A stretch of DNA of 64,000 nt from Verrucomicrobiota bacterium (GTDB lineage Bacteria > Verrucomicrobiota > Verrucomicrobiia > Limisphaerales > UBA1100): contig JAOLZA010000006.1 in assembly GCA_028343615.1 (NCBI GenBank), forward strand, positions 245 to 64,244. The letters are read 5' to 3'. Of the stretch, positions 29,686 through 38,831 are shown one piece after another. The stretch's first letter is position 1, and each line of letters starts with the position of its first letter. A program made the position numbers and the translations under genes. The notes under the pieces are model-generated. The model saw only the letters and a list, made by a program, of their open reading frames with translations, had not been told where the DNA came from and did no database searches.

Positions 29686-30357
29686 ATGGTTTCAGCCGTC
29701 ATCGTTGCCGCGGGAAGTGGCACCCGTATGGGCGCGGATAAACTTTTCCTCGAAGTTGCGGGCTTTCCTGTAGTGAGCCACACTTGGAGGCGGTTCGATG
29801 CGCATCCGGAAGTTGATGAAGTTGTGATTGTTATTCGTGAAAATGCGCGCGCGGATTTTGAGTTGTTGCGCAAGCAGCTGGCGCTCTCCAAGCCGTATTG
29901 TTTCGTTGAGGGCGGTGTGGAGCGCCAACATTCTGTGAGCAATGGTTTGGCCGCTGTGAATTCGAATTGTGAATGGGTGGTGATTCAGGATGGCGCGCGA
30001 CCTTGCACTGCAAACGAGGCCATCACTGCCACCCTCGCCGCGGCCCGAATGAGTGGGGCGGCAGTTGTCGCCAGCAAAATAACCGACACTCTTAAGTACT
30101 CAGGTGGAACGGGACACATTATCAATAACGTGGAACGTACCCATTTGTGGGCGGTGCAAACACCGCAGGTTTTCGCGCTGGAAGTTATCCGAAAGGCAAT
30201 GCTTGCTGTTAGAGCTCAGGATGCAGTAATTACCGATGACGCTGCTGCGTGCGAGCTCATCGACCAATCCGTTGCGTTAGTGGAAGCTGGTGCGCCCAAC
30301 CCCAAAGTAACAACGGCAGCCGACCTGCCTTTGGTCGGTTTGCTGATCCGCCAATAA
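29686..30357 (+). CDS. ispD: 2-C-methyl-D-erythritol 4-phosphate cytidylyltransferase
   Basis: AAGSGTRMG, DGARP, QTPQ, TDD, NxKVT. Confidence 0.95.
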   Translation: MVSAVIVAAGSGTRMGADKLFLEVAGFPVVSHTWRRFDAHPEVDEVVIVIRENARADFELLRKQLALSKPYCFVEGGVERQHSVSNGLAAVNSNCEWVVIQDGARPCTANEAITATLAAARMSGAAVVASKITDTLKYSGGTGHIINNVERTHLWAVQTPQVFALEVIRKAMLAVRAQDAVITDDAAACELIDQSVALVEAGAPNPKVTTAADLPLVGLLIRQ

Positions 30358-30364
30358 ACCCTCC

Positions 30365-30392
30365 TTGCCATTTTGGCCCTAGACCTTAGGCT
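30365..30392 (+). promoter_or_regulatory. Putative promoter for S41 protease gene
   Basis: TTGCCA, 16 nt, TAGGCT, 8 nt before ATG at 30401. Confidence 0.45.
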
Positions 30393-30400
30393 TTCCCTCT

Positions 30401-31666
30401 ATGAGACAGCGAATTTTTACCGCCGTGCTCGCCATCGCATTGGGCGTGAACCTATACCTTGGCGCGCGCAACCTTGCGACCAGTGCTGAGGTTCGCGGAA
30501 AGGAAGATGTTTATGCCAACATGGAAAAATTCACGCGGGTGCTGGAAACCGTGCGACGTGAGTACGTGGATGAGGATAGGGTTTCGTACGAAGATCTCGT
30601 GCAGGGTGCATTGCGCGGGATGATTCAAACACTTGATCCGCACAGTGAATATATGGATGCCAAAAAATATCAGGCGTTGCAATCGGATACCATGCAACAG
30701 TTTGGCGGCATCGGCGTGGTGGTAAGCATGCGCGACAATTGGTTAACAGTGGTGGCGCCTATGGATGATACTCCGGGCAGTCGCGCGGGGTTGATGCCCG
30801 GTGATCGGATCATGAAAATCGGGGAAAAATCCGCAAAGAATATGAGCCTTAATGATGCAGTTGGAATTATGCGTGGAAAACCCGGCACAGAGGTTACGGT
30901 TGTTTTTTACAGACCCTCTTCCGATAAGGATTTAACTTTCACGTTCAAGCGCGAGATCATTAAAACCAAGAGCGTGAGTGACCTGGACGGTGGTGGGAAA
31001 TATGATTTGTTGGAAAGTGAAATTGGCTATGTGCGAATGTCGGGCTTCTCTGAAAAAACCGCCAGCGAATTGGAATTGGCGTTGGTGAAAATGGAAGAGC
31101 GCGGACTCAAGGCAATTGTACTTGATTTGCGCGATAACCCCGGAGGCCTACTAACGCAATCGGCATACGTTACAGAAAAGTTCATACCCGAAGGGCAGGT
31201 AGTTGTTACTACCGAAGGCCGCGAGCAACGCCAACTCGATAAGTTAGTGGCTGGTGGCCGATTCAAGGAACGCACACTCCCGATGGTTGTTCTCGTCAAT
31301 GGCGGGAGCGCCAGCGCCGCGGAGATTGTTGCCGGTTGCCTGCAGGATCTCGGTCGCGCCGAATTGGTGGGCATGAAAACGTTTGGCAAGGGCTCGGTTC
31401 AAAGCATATTGCCTCTGCATGATGGCTCTGCCTTACGGCTTACAACGGCCAAGTATTATACACCAAAACACAGAACCATTCACGGCAAAGGAATCATGCC
31501 CGATCACGTGGTGGAAATGAGCCCTGAACAAATGGGGCACCTTGCCCTCAAGCGCTCTCCGGGCGGTTTGGGAACCTTGTCGGAAGAAGATCGCAAAAAA
31601 GCCGAAGCCACCATAGATCTTCAACTTAAAAAGGCGCTCGAACTGCTCAAGGCGAAACTGAAGTAA
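30401..31666 (+). CDS. ctpA: Carboxyl-terminal processing protease (S41A, PDZ domain)
   Basis: LDPHS, GGIG, DLRDNPGG, SASAAEI, TFGKGSVQ. Confidence 0.93.
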   Translation: MRQRIFTAVLAIALGVNLYLGARNLATSAEVRGKEDVYANMEKFTRVLETVRREYVDEDRVSYEDLVQGALRGMIQTLDPHSEYMDAKKYQALQSDTMQQFGGIGVVVSMRDNWLTVVAPMDDTPGSRAGLMPGDRIMKIGEKSAKNMSLNDAVGIMRGKPGTEVTVVFYRPSSDKDLTFTFKREIIKTKSVSDLDGGGKYDLLESEIGYVRMSGFSEKTASELELALVKMEERGLKAIVLDLRDNPGGLLTQSAYVTEKFIPEGQVVVTTEGREQRQLDKLVAGGRFKERTLPMVVLVNGGSASAAEIVAGCLQDLGRAELVGMKTFGKGSVQSILPLHDGSALRLTTAKYYTPKHRTIHGKGIMPDHVVEMSPEQMGHLALKRSPGGLGTLSEEDRKKAEATIDLQLKKALELLKAKLK

Positions 31667-31671
31667 CGTTC

Positions 31672-32700
31672 ATGCGGCTGCTTGCCATCGAAACTTCGTG
31701 TGACGAAACAAGCGCGGCAGTGGTTGTAGACGGGTGCGTGGTCAGCATGGAGGTTTCCTCGCAAATAAAAATTCACACCGAGTACGGCGGGGTGGTGCCT
31801 GAGTTGGCCACTCGCGAACATCTTCGCAACCTTTCGCCCGTGGTGCGCAATGTATTACAACAATCCCAAACCAAACCCGCCGACTTAAACGCCATCGCCG
31901 CCACGCGTGGCCCTGGTTTGCCGCCAGCACTAATGGTGGGGTGGAAGGCCGCGCAATCAATGTCTTATGCGCTGGGTGTTCCTTTGATGGGAGTGAATCA
32001 TGTTCAGGCGCATTTGTATTCGCCGTGGTTTACCAGTGAACCGCCGGTTGCAGATTGGGAAAGTTTAAAGCCAAACCTTTCCCTCATAGTCAGCGGCGGC
32101 CACACATTGTTAGTGAAAGTAGATGCGCCCTTGAAACATCAGATTCTAGGTGGCACACAGGACGACGCTGCGGGTGAGTGTTTTGACAAAATTGCCAAGC
32201 TTCTCGGCTTGGCTTATCCGGGTGGGCCCGAAGTTGATAGGCTGGCGCGCACAGGTAACCCCACCGCGTTTGAGTTTGCGCGGCCGATGCTTAATCAGCC
32301 CAATGACGACTTCAGCTTTAGTGGGCTGAAGACTTCTGTCCGGTACTTCCTAGAAAAACACCCTGAATTGGCTGCCGATAACACGCGCCTACCCGACCTC
32401 TGCGCCAGCGCTCAAGCCGCCATCGTGGAAGTGCTTGTCAAAAAAGCCATACGAGCGGTCAAGCGCGAGCGAGTGCAATGCCTCACGCTCTCCGGAGGCG
32501 TCGCCAACAACAGTGAACTCCAAAGAAAATTGCAGTCATCTTGTGAGGAAAACGATTTCACCTTGCACCTTGCATCACCAGATTTGTGCACAGATAACGC
32601 GGCAATGGTCGGTCTACTAGCAGAAAAGCAAATCTCCGAGGGCAAAGAGTTTGCTGATCTTGAAATGGACTTTAAGCCCGGATGGCTTTTAGGCGATTAG
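31672..32700 (+). CDS. tsaD: tRNA N6-threonylcarbamoyladenosine synthase subunit
   Basis: IETSCDET, GGVVPE, HVQAH, SGGHT, DDAAGE, FSFSGLKT, TDNAAM. Confidence 0.96.
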   Translation: MRLLAIETSCDETSAAVVVDGCVVSMEVSSQIKIHTEYGGVVPELATREHLRNLSPVVRNVLQQSQTKPADLNAIAATRGPGLPPALMVGWKAAQSMSYALGVPLMGVNHVQAHLYSPWFTSEPPVADWESLKPNLSLIVSGGHTLLVKVDAPLKHQILGGTQDDAAGECFDKIAKLLGLAYPGGPEVDRLARTGNPTAFEFARPMLNQPNDDFSFSGLKTSVRYFLEKHPELAADNTRLPDLCASAQAAIVEVLVKKAIRAVKRERVQCLTLSGGVANNSELQRKLQSSCEENDFTLHLASPDLCTDNAAMVGLLAEKQISEGKEFADLEMDFKPGWLLGD

Positions 32701-33869
32701 GTGAGTTTTTTTAAAAACAAGGCCAATCGTTTAAGCGCTTCTTTCAGGTTCCCCATGCCAGTGGCGTAACTAATTCGGATGTATTCGTCAGAGCCAAAAG
32801 CAACGCCGGGGACGGCGGCCACTTTAGCTTCGGACAATAGGCGTTCACAAAACTCTGCTGATTTCATTCCGGTGCTGGAAATATTTGGGAACAAATAGAA
32901 CGCGCCCTGTGCGTTGACGCAAGTGATACCAGGCATGGCGTTAAGTTGTTCGCAGGCAAAGGCGCGGCGCTTTGAGAATTCAGTCATCCATTCTACAATG
33001 TGTTCCTGAGGGCCGTCGAGCGCCTGGATGGCACCGGATTGCGCAAAAGAGGTGGGGTTGCTGGTGCTATGGCTTTGGATGGCGCTGATGGCTCTTGCAA
33101 TGGGCAATGGCGCAGCAGTGAAACCAATGCGCCAACCGGTCATCGAATACGCCTTGGCGAGACCGTGGACGATGATGGTGTGATCTTGGTGGTCGGGTGA
33201 GCAGGCGGCCACGCTTTTAAATACGGCATCGCCGTACAGCAGTTTTTCGTAAATTTCATCACTCATGATAAGAACACCTTTTTCCACGCACACATCGCCG
33301 AGAGCGCGCGCTTCGTCGGGGGTGTAAACGCTGCCGGTAGGGTTGCTGGGAGAGTTGAAAACAAAAAGGCGGGTGCGGTCGGTAATGGCGGAACGGAGCT
33401 GGTCGGGTGTTAGCTTGAATTCAGTGGCGTCGGTAGTCTGCACAATCACTGGAGTGGCGCCCGCAAGAGTGACCATTTCTGGGTAGCTCAACCAATACGG
33501 CGCGGGGATGATTACCTCATCACCTTCCTCACAGGTCGCGAGCATCACGTTGTAGCAGGAATGTTTGCCACCGCAAGAAACGATGATTTGCTGAGGGTCG
33601 TACTCGATATTGTTTTCGCGCTCAAATTTGCGAGCTACTGCCGATCGCAATTCAGGCGTGCCGGCAGCCGGCGTGTACTTGGTGAATCCATCAGCCAACG
33701 CCTTGACGGCGGCATCCTTAATATGGCTGGGAGTGTCAAAATCCGGTTCGCCCGCACCCAATCCAATCACATCCTCGCCTGCCGCGCGCAGCTCCTTAGC
33801 CTTGGCGGTAATGGCCAGGGTGAGCGAGGGCGACAGTGAAGCGGCACGTTGAGAAACATGATATTCCAT
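32697..33869 (-). CDS. aspC: Aspartate aminotransferase family (class I/II PLP-dependent)
   Basis: GEPDFDTP, NSPSNPTG, SDEIY, AKAYSMTGWRIG; start at MEYHVS supported by TTGCGC-17-CATGTT just upstream. Confidence 0.88.
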   Translation of the reverse strand: MEYHVSQRAASLSPSLTLAITAKAKELRAAGEDVIGLGAGEPDFDTPSHIKDAAVKALADGFTKYTPAAGTPELRSAVARKFERENNIEYDPQQIIVSCGGKHSCYNVMLATCEEGDEVIIPAPYWLSYPEMVTLAGATPVIVQTTDATEFKLTPDQLRSAITDRTRLFVFNSPSNPTGSVYTPDEARALGDVCVEKGVLIMSDEIYEKLLYGDAVFKSVAACSPDHQDHTIIVHGLAKAYSMTGWRIGFTAAPLPIARAISAIQSHSTSNPTSFAQSGAIQALDGPQEHIVEWMTEFSKRRAFACEQLNAMPGITCVNAQGAFYLFPNISSTGMKSAEFCERLLSEAKVAAVPGVAFGSDEYIRISYATGMGNLKEALKRLALFLKKLT

Positions 33870-33955
33870 TGCGTCGGGAACATGCCGCACACGGCATCGC
33901 GGCGCAAGTGGTTTTCTCCTTTCTATACTGCAGCCCCGAAGGTAAATAAACAGCC

Positions 33956-34507
33956 ATGCGTACGATTTATCACTTGTTGTTGTTGACTTGCGTAGCCTGC
34001 AACAAGAAACCCAAAACCGAATTTAGCCAACAGCTAGAACTGGCTGATGCGGGCGACGTGAGCGCGCAATTCAAGGTCGGCAATTCGTACTATTTCCGTA
34101 ACAGCAAGCGTGAACATGCGTTGGGCCTAGAGTACCTTGAAATGGCTGCTGAGAATGGCCACATGGAAGCTCAATTTCTGGTCGGATTTATGTATGACAT
34201 TGGCGAGGGACAAATAGGTCGTGACAGTAAAAAAGCTGGCAAATTCCTTTTGCGCGCCGCCCTGCAGGGTCACGCCGAGGCTCAACAACGAATGATCTTG
34301 CGTACTCAATACGGAGATGGAGTACCTAAAAGTCCTGCAAAGGCATTTATGTGGGCGGTGCTCGCCACCGCCAGCGGCGACCCTAAGGCAGCGAAACAAA
34401 GGCGAGGCATGGAGGCGGAGTTGTCGGCGCCCCTTGTTGAGGAGGGACGTAAAATGGCCAAAGAATTTAAGGCTAAGCGGGAGTTGATTGGGCAGCAGAA
34501 GGATTGA
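33956..34507 (+). CDS. Sel1-repeat lipoprotein
   Basis: Lipobox-like CVAC; AAENGHMEAQF.VG.MY..G and AALQGHAEAQ repeats. Confidence 0.88.
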   Translation: MRTIYHLLLLTCVACNKKPKTEFSQQLELADAGDVSAQFKVGNSYYFRNSKREHALGLEYLEMAAENGHMEAQFLVGFMYDIGEGQIGRDSKKAGKFLLRAALQGHAEAQQRMILRTQYGDGVPKSPAKAFMWAVLATASGDPKAAKQRRGMEAELSAPLVEEGRKMAKEFKAKRELIGQQKD

Positions 34508-34514
34508 TGTCGCC

Positions 34515-35588
34515 TTATTTGTCGCCCCTCCAGGCCAGCAAATCCAATGCGCGGAGCCCTTTGGTTGTAAGTACCCAGCGCGCGCCTTTTTTGAAAACTA
34601 GCGAACTGCACGGATGTTCGCGGCGCACATCCTCGTTGACCTCGAGTAACTCAAACCGGACGCCGCCTGCTTTTTTCTTCAACCCTTCCTCAAACAAAGG
34701 CTTGAGGCGGATTGGGATGGCATTAAAATTCAGATCAACTTCCCATGCCTTAACGGGAAGTGTTTCATTTTTGGCAGCCTGTATGACTAACCCAGGAAAC
34801 CGTTCCGCCCATTCCAACTGTGCCTGATGAATGCGTACGCGACACAGTAGGGGTTGTTTGGAGATATGGGATGTGAAATTGAAACTTCCAGCTGTGTCTT
34901 GTTGCAAAATATCGGCGGCATCAAGTCCGAGAAGATTTATTCCATTCCATGCGCCGTGGTGATTTTTTCCGCCCCTATACCAATGGTTAAACCAGCTATC
35001 AAACTGCGTGTTGATTTGCAGTCCGATTTCAAAATGCAAATGTGCGCGATCCTTGGAGATAGCGTCTCTCGTATTGGTGGTACGCCCAAGAACTCCAAGT
35101 GTATCGCCGCCGGTCACGGACTGGTCGACTTTTAATCCTTCTCTAATTTTGCTTAAATGGGCGTACAGTGAGTAAGCCTGTAGACCCTCAATTGCATGGC
35201 GCAACACGATATATTTCCCATAATTAGAAGCGCTGACATTGGGGTTAATATACGTCACCACGCCGTCTCGAACTGCTCGCACAAGATCGGTTGGCTCGTT
35301 TTGCTCGTCGCGGTGCAGGGCGCGGATGTCGATCCCTTCATGAATGCGGGTGCGCGTGTTTCTCACACACCCGAAGGCGCCACTGCTCCATGGTCGCCCC
35401 GGACCGGTGGGTGCAAAAAAGTTTATTTCTTCGCCTGAGCGGAGCAGGGTGCGGTTTTCCGTGGGGAACAAAAATTTTGGTTTAGTGGCAGGTAGGGGCC
35501 GGACGGGCAGAACCGGTGTGGATGGCTCAGTGGGTCGCCCGCACCCAATTGCCACCGTTAAGAAGACCAGCCAAAGGCGCGGCCACAT
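34515..35588 (-). CDS. M23 family metallopeptidase lipoprotein
   Basis: Lipobox AIGC; HEGID, YGKYIVLRH, YAHL, HLHFE. Confidence 0.9.
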   Translation of the reverse strand: MWPRLWLVFLTVAIGCGRPTEPSTPVLPVRPLPATKPKFLFPTENRTLLRSGEEINFFAPTGPGRPWSSGAFGCVRNTRTRIHEGIDIRALHRDEQNEPTDLVRAVRDGVVTYINPNVSASNYGKYIVLRHAIEGLQAYSLYAHLSKIREGLKVDQSVTGGDTLGVLGRTTNTRDAISKDRAHLHFEIGLQINTQFDSWFNHWYRGGKNHHGAWNGINLLGLDAADILQQDTAGSFNFTSHISKQPLLCRVRIHQAQLEWAERFPGLVIQAAKNETLPVKAWEVDLNFNAIPIRLKPLFEEGLKKKAGGVRFELLEVNEDVRREHPCSSLVFKKGARWVLTTKGLRALDLLAWRGDK

Positions 35589-35591
35589 ACG

Positions 35592-36122
35592 TTATTGGGC
35601 CCCCACTTTCAAATTTAATTCCTCAACAATGAACTCCAGCTCCATACGGGAAGCATCCGGAATTACATCCAGCACTCGGGCAGCGACAACCCCTTCAACG
35701 CGGTACGTCCCTACGCAGCATGATTTGAATTTCCCATTTTGCTTGGGGTCTGGCAGCGGGTATAGAAAAAACAAATTGCGCTGCAGGTAGCGACTCGTAA
35801 TCCCTTCAAACTGGCGGGATCCAGCCGTGGTTAGCCAGAGCCTCAATATTTCGAATCCCTGCTTATCCACAACCAGCTCGGCACTTTGAAGTCCATCAGC
35901 CACCCAAAACAACGGTTCCGCGTCTATCCATACCGATCGATTTGAAGCGCGAGGAACCTCGATTTGAATCGTAAGCTGCACCCCTGCCGTTGCCGACTGG
36001 CCAAAAATGGCCATCTCATATTCATTGCCAGTATCACGCCCCGGCAATTTGCAACCGGCAAAACCTAGATTCAGGAGTGTTGCCGCCAAAATTAAATTGC
36101 ACGTCCGCTGCATCGGCTTCAT
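35592..36122 (-). CDS. Hypothetical lipoprotein with SecDF P1-head-like segment
   Basis: Lipobox FAGC; segment LRLWLTTAGSRQFEGITSRYL. Confidence 0.7.
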   Translation of the reverse strand: MKPMQRTCNLILAATLLNLGFAGCKLPGRDTGNEYEMAIFGQSATAGVQLTIQIEVPRASNRSVWIDAEPLFWVADGLQSAELVVDKQGFEILRLWLTTAGSRQFEGITSRYLQRNLFFLYPLPDPKQNGKFKSCCVGTYRVEGVVAARVLDVIPDASRMELEFIVEELNLKVGAQ

Positions 36123-36175
36123 ACTCACGGAGGCAACACAGAAAACCAAATTCAGTAAAGAGGAAGTAATTCACC

Positions 36176-36271
36176 ATGGGTCAACAAACCAACAAAGTGC
36201 AAAAGCGCCGGCGGCGCACTGACTACCTTAAGCGTAAAAAAACTACCACCAAAACCAAGGGCGGCAAGTAA
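36176..36271 (+). CDS. Small basic protein, 31 aa (MGQQTNKVQKRRRRTDYLKRKKTTTKTKGGK)
   Basis: Below ORF-track cutoff; purine-rich AAAGAGGAAG upstream; followed by palindrome plus T-tract. Confidence 0.7.
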   Translation: MGQQTNKVQKRRRRTDYLKRKKTTTKTKGGK

Positions 36272-36291
36272 TCCAGTCCAGCCCTTTCCGC

Positions 36292-36310
36292 AACCCCTAG
36301 GGGTTTTTGT
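36292..36310 (+). terminator. Possible intrinsic terminator after small basic ORF
   Basis: AACCC-CTAG-GGGTT followed by TTTGT. Confidence 0.45.
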
Positions 36311-36328
36311 GTGAATCTAATCCCAGAT

Positions 36329-36337
36329 TTATTCACA
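36329..36337 (+). promoter_or_regulatory. DnaA box
   Basis: TTATTCACA (TTATNCACA consensus); weaker TTTTTCACA at 36372 and CTGTTCACA at 36459. Confidence 0.55.
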
Positions 36338-36462
36338 AACCCAAGCACCTTCACCCGGCCTGCTTGAGATTTTTTTCACAAGCGTCTTGTTTGGCCATAA
36401 AAATGTGGGGTTATTTTCATGTGTGACGTTATATTTCTAATTTAATAATGGGAACAATCTGT

Positions 36463-36503
36463 TCACAATAACTAGTGGCCAAACTTAAAAAGTGGGGTAT
36501 CTT
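36463..36503 (+). promoter_or_regulatory. Putative ncRNA promoter with NrdR-like box overlapping the -35
   Basis: TCACAATAACTAGTGG (36463-36478); TGGCCA (36476), 16 nt, TATCTT (36498-36503). Confidence 0.45.
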
Positions 36504-36509
36504 ATCTTT

Positions 36510-37586
36510 AGTTCTGCGAGTGATCGTTAGAGCTAAGGTTCCTTGAAAGAACGGAGTATATTGCCGGGCAACTGGCACGAAACTCTCAGGATAAATCCCA
36601 GGAAACTGGGCGAAAGGGCAGGCGAGGCTGATTCGACTGCCCCCTTTGAAACGCCACGAATTCGCGTTGAGATTCGGCTTGAACGTCACTTCGGTGATTG
36701 GATGGCCCTAAGGGAACGAGGAAAACCGAGCGCAGAAGAGGCACAGTTCACTTGAGTGGACGGTGGCGGTCGCACGCCATCGAATGCGATAAATCCACTC
36801 AAGAGGTTAGGGGCGAAACATACGGGCGCAAGCCCGGCAAGAAGCCGCCCTGATCTGGCTACGGAAAGCGCTGCACGCATCAGGCTCACTTCGGTGAACC
36901 CGATAATCCGTGACAGTTGCCGTACATAGCCCAGTTTGCGCAACCTTCGGGAGGCGTTAAACTGAGTCAAGTAGGTGCGAGCACGTTTCGAGCGAGCATC
37001 GAACGCAGTTGCCCATAGGGTGAAGATTACCTACTGCAGCATCAGCCCGGCGGGAAACGAAAATTGGCCGGAAACGGCCAGCCAGACGAAATCCTCTGAA
37101 AAGAGGGACAAAGCTGGGGTCCCCGTCGGGATGGCCACGAGCCCAAGACAACGGCCGTGAAAACCATCCGACGCGGTGGCGATACAAAAACTGTAGCGCT
37201 GCCATGTGAACGAAATGGTAATCTGAGGGGTAAGAGGCGAGACCCGTGGCAAGGGCCAACGCACCGTCAAAAACGGTGGCCGACCCATGCTATCTGGCTT
37301 GGAAGTGAATAGTTCACATCCGCGTCCAAGCCTGGTCCGCAGGTCAGCGGCCGCAACCACTGGCTGAAGCGGGCTTATAAACCTCACCCAACAATCCAAG
37401 TGCCGAAAGGCCTTGAACGGCCCTGCTATGAGGCCGACAACTCCGCGAGTCACGGAGAATGGCGTCGGGGAGCAACCGACCTGCATTGTGGGTGCCCAAC
37501 GGTTGCATCGGGAAAGAGCGTGTGGCGAACGCCCACCCCCCAATTTGTCCCTGCTGGACTTCGGTCCGGCAGGGACCTTTTGTTTT
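36510..37586 (+). ncRNA. Large (~1.07 kb) highly structured non-coding RNA candidate (possibly MISL-class or novel)
   Basis: No credible ORF; many GNRA/UUCG-capped stems on + strand, long-range 8-10 bp stems, G-U pairs that work in + orientation, strong terminator; boundaries approximate. Confidence 0.85.
37547..37586 (+). terminator. Rho-independent terminator
   Basis: GTCCCTGCTGGAC-TTCG-GTCCGGCAGGGAC then CTTTTGTTTT. Confidence 0.92.
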
Positions 37587-37664
37587 CACGCAGATCATGA
37601 TTTTCAATTGTGCTTGCCCGAAGCTCTTATTCCGTGCTCAATCAGCCCTCACCACTTTCCAGTT

Positions 37665-38672
37665 ATGGGTAAAATCTACGACAACATCGTGCAAACCGTC
37701 GGCGGTACTCCGCTCGTACGGCTCAATAAAGTCACCGAAGGCATCGACGCTACCGTGCTACTCAAGTGCGAATTCTTCAATCCGCTCTCCAGCGTTAAAG
37801 ATCGCATCGGTAAATCGATGATCGAGACGGCGGAAGCCGACGGTACCTTAACAAAGGATACTATCATTATTGAGCCCACTAGTGGCAACACAGGTATTGC
37901 TCTCGCCTTTGTGGCTGCCGCCAAAGGTTATTCACTCATCCTAACGATGCCCGAGAGTATGTCGCTCGAACGCCGCACGTTACTGGCGATGTTGGGCGCG
38001 GACCTTGTGCTTACGCCCGCCGCAAAGGGGATGAAAGGCGCAATTGCAATGGCGGAGAAACTTGCCGCCGAGACGCCCAATGCTTGGGTTCCTCAACAGT
38101 TTGAAAACCCGGCAAACCCCGCCATTCACCGCAAAACTACCGCGGAGGAAATTTGGGAGGATACCGACGGTGAGGTGGATTTTGTTGTCGCCGGCGTTGG
38201 GACGGGCGGCACACTCACCGGTTGCTGCGAAGTTATTCGCGCGCGAAAAGAATCATTTCGGGCCATAGCCGTGGAGCCCGCAGATTCCCCCGTAATTTCT
38301 CAAACCATTGCGGGAGAAGAACTCACTCCGGGGCCGCACAAGATTCAAGGCACCGGTGCCGGTTTCGTGCCGGACAATCTTCACCTCAAGGCAGAGGACG
38401 GAATCGAACAAATCGCTGAGTGTATTAGGGTCAGCAATGATGACTCATTCGCAATGGCCCGTGAGTTGGCCAAAACCGAAGGTATCTTGTGTGGCATTTC
38501 CGCCGGGGCAAACGTAGTTGCCGCGCTAGAGTTGGCCCGTCGCTCGGAGAATTCCGGTAAGACAATTGTGACCATGGCGCCTTCCACTGGCGAACGCTAT
38601 TTAAGTACTCCATTGGCCGAGGAAGCCCGCATGATTGTCACAGAACTACCCGTGCAGGATCCTGCTGCATAA
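37665..38672 (+). CDS. cysK: Cysteine synthase A
   Basis: [43 protein letters not shown]; start at MGKIYD (ORF-track extension runs into the ncRNA). Confidence 0.96.
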   Translation: MGKIYDNIVQTVGGTPLVRLNKVTEGIDATVLLKCEFFNPLSSVKDRIGKSMIETAEADGTLTKDTIIIEPTSGNTGIALAFVAAAKGYSLILTMPESMSLERRTLLAMLGADLVLTPAAKGMKGAIAMAEKLAAETPNAWVPQQFENPANPAIHRKTTAEEIWEDTDGEVDFVVAGVGTGGTLTGCCEVIRARKESFRAIAVEPADSPVISQTIAGEELTPGPHKIQGTGAGFVPDNLHLKAEDGIEQIAECIRVSNDDSFAMARELAKTEGILCGISAGANVVAALELARRSENSGKTIVTMAPSTGERYLSTPLAEEARMIVTELPVQDPAA

Positions 38673-38831
38673 TATTTACTGAAAAAAGTGTTGCCAGTCG
38701 CACTTGCTTGACCCTAAATGAGGGCGGTTTACGCCTCCGTCACGGATTCAGTCCGCGAAGGGAATCCCCGTTCGATTGTCTCGATTCAGGCCATCCTGTT
38801 TCGTTTCGCTTGCACACACCAATTTTTTATT

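Noticed and set aside
36686-36897. CRISPR array suggested by short repeats near a WYL gene
   Set aside because: Only two 12-bp copies 200 nt apart, no regular spacers and no cas genes in the window
36510-37586. RNase P RNA, tmRNA, rRNA fragment or self-splicing intron identity for the large RNA
   Set aside because: By eye there is no GAGGAAAGUCC P4 motif, no tRNA-like ends with CCA, no domain V or interrupted host gene, and no rRNA universal motifs; needs cmscan confirmation
36429-37607. Several 60-170 aa ORFs on both strands and the long N-terminal extension of cysK from 37413
   Set aside because: They overlap each other, show no protein motifs and cross a strong terminator; the region is better explained as structured RNA
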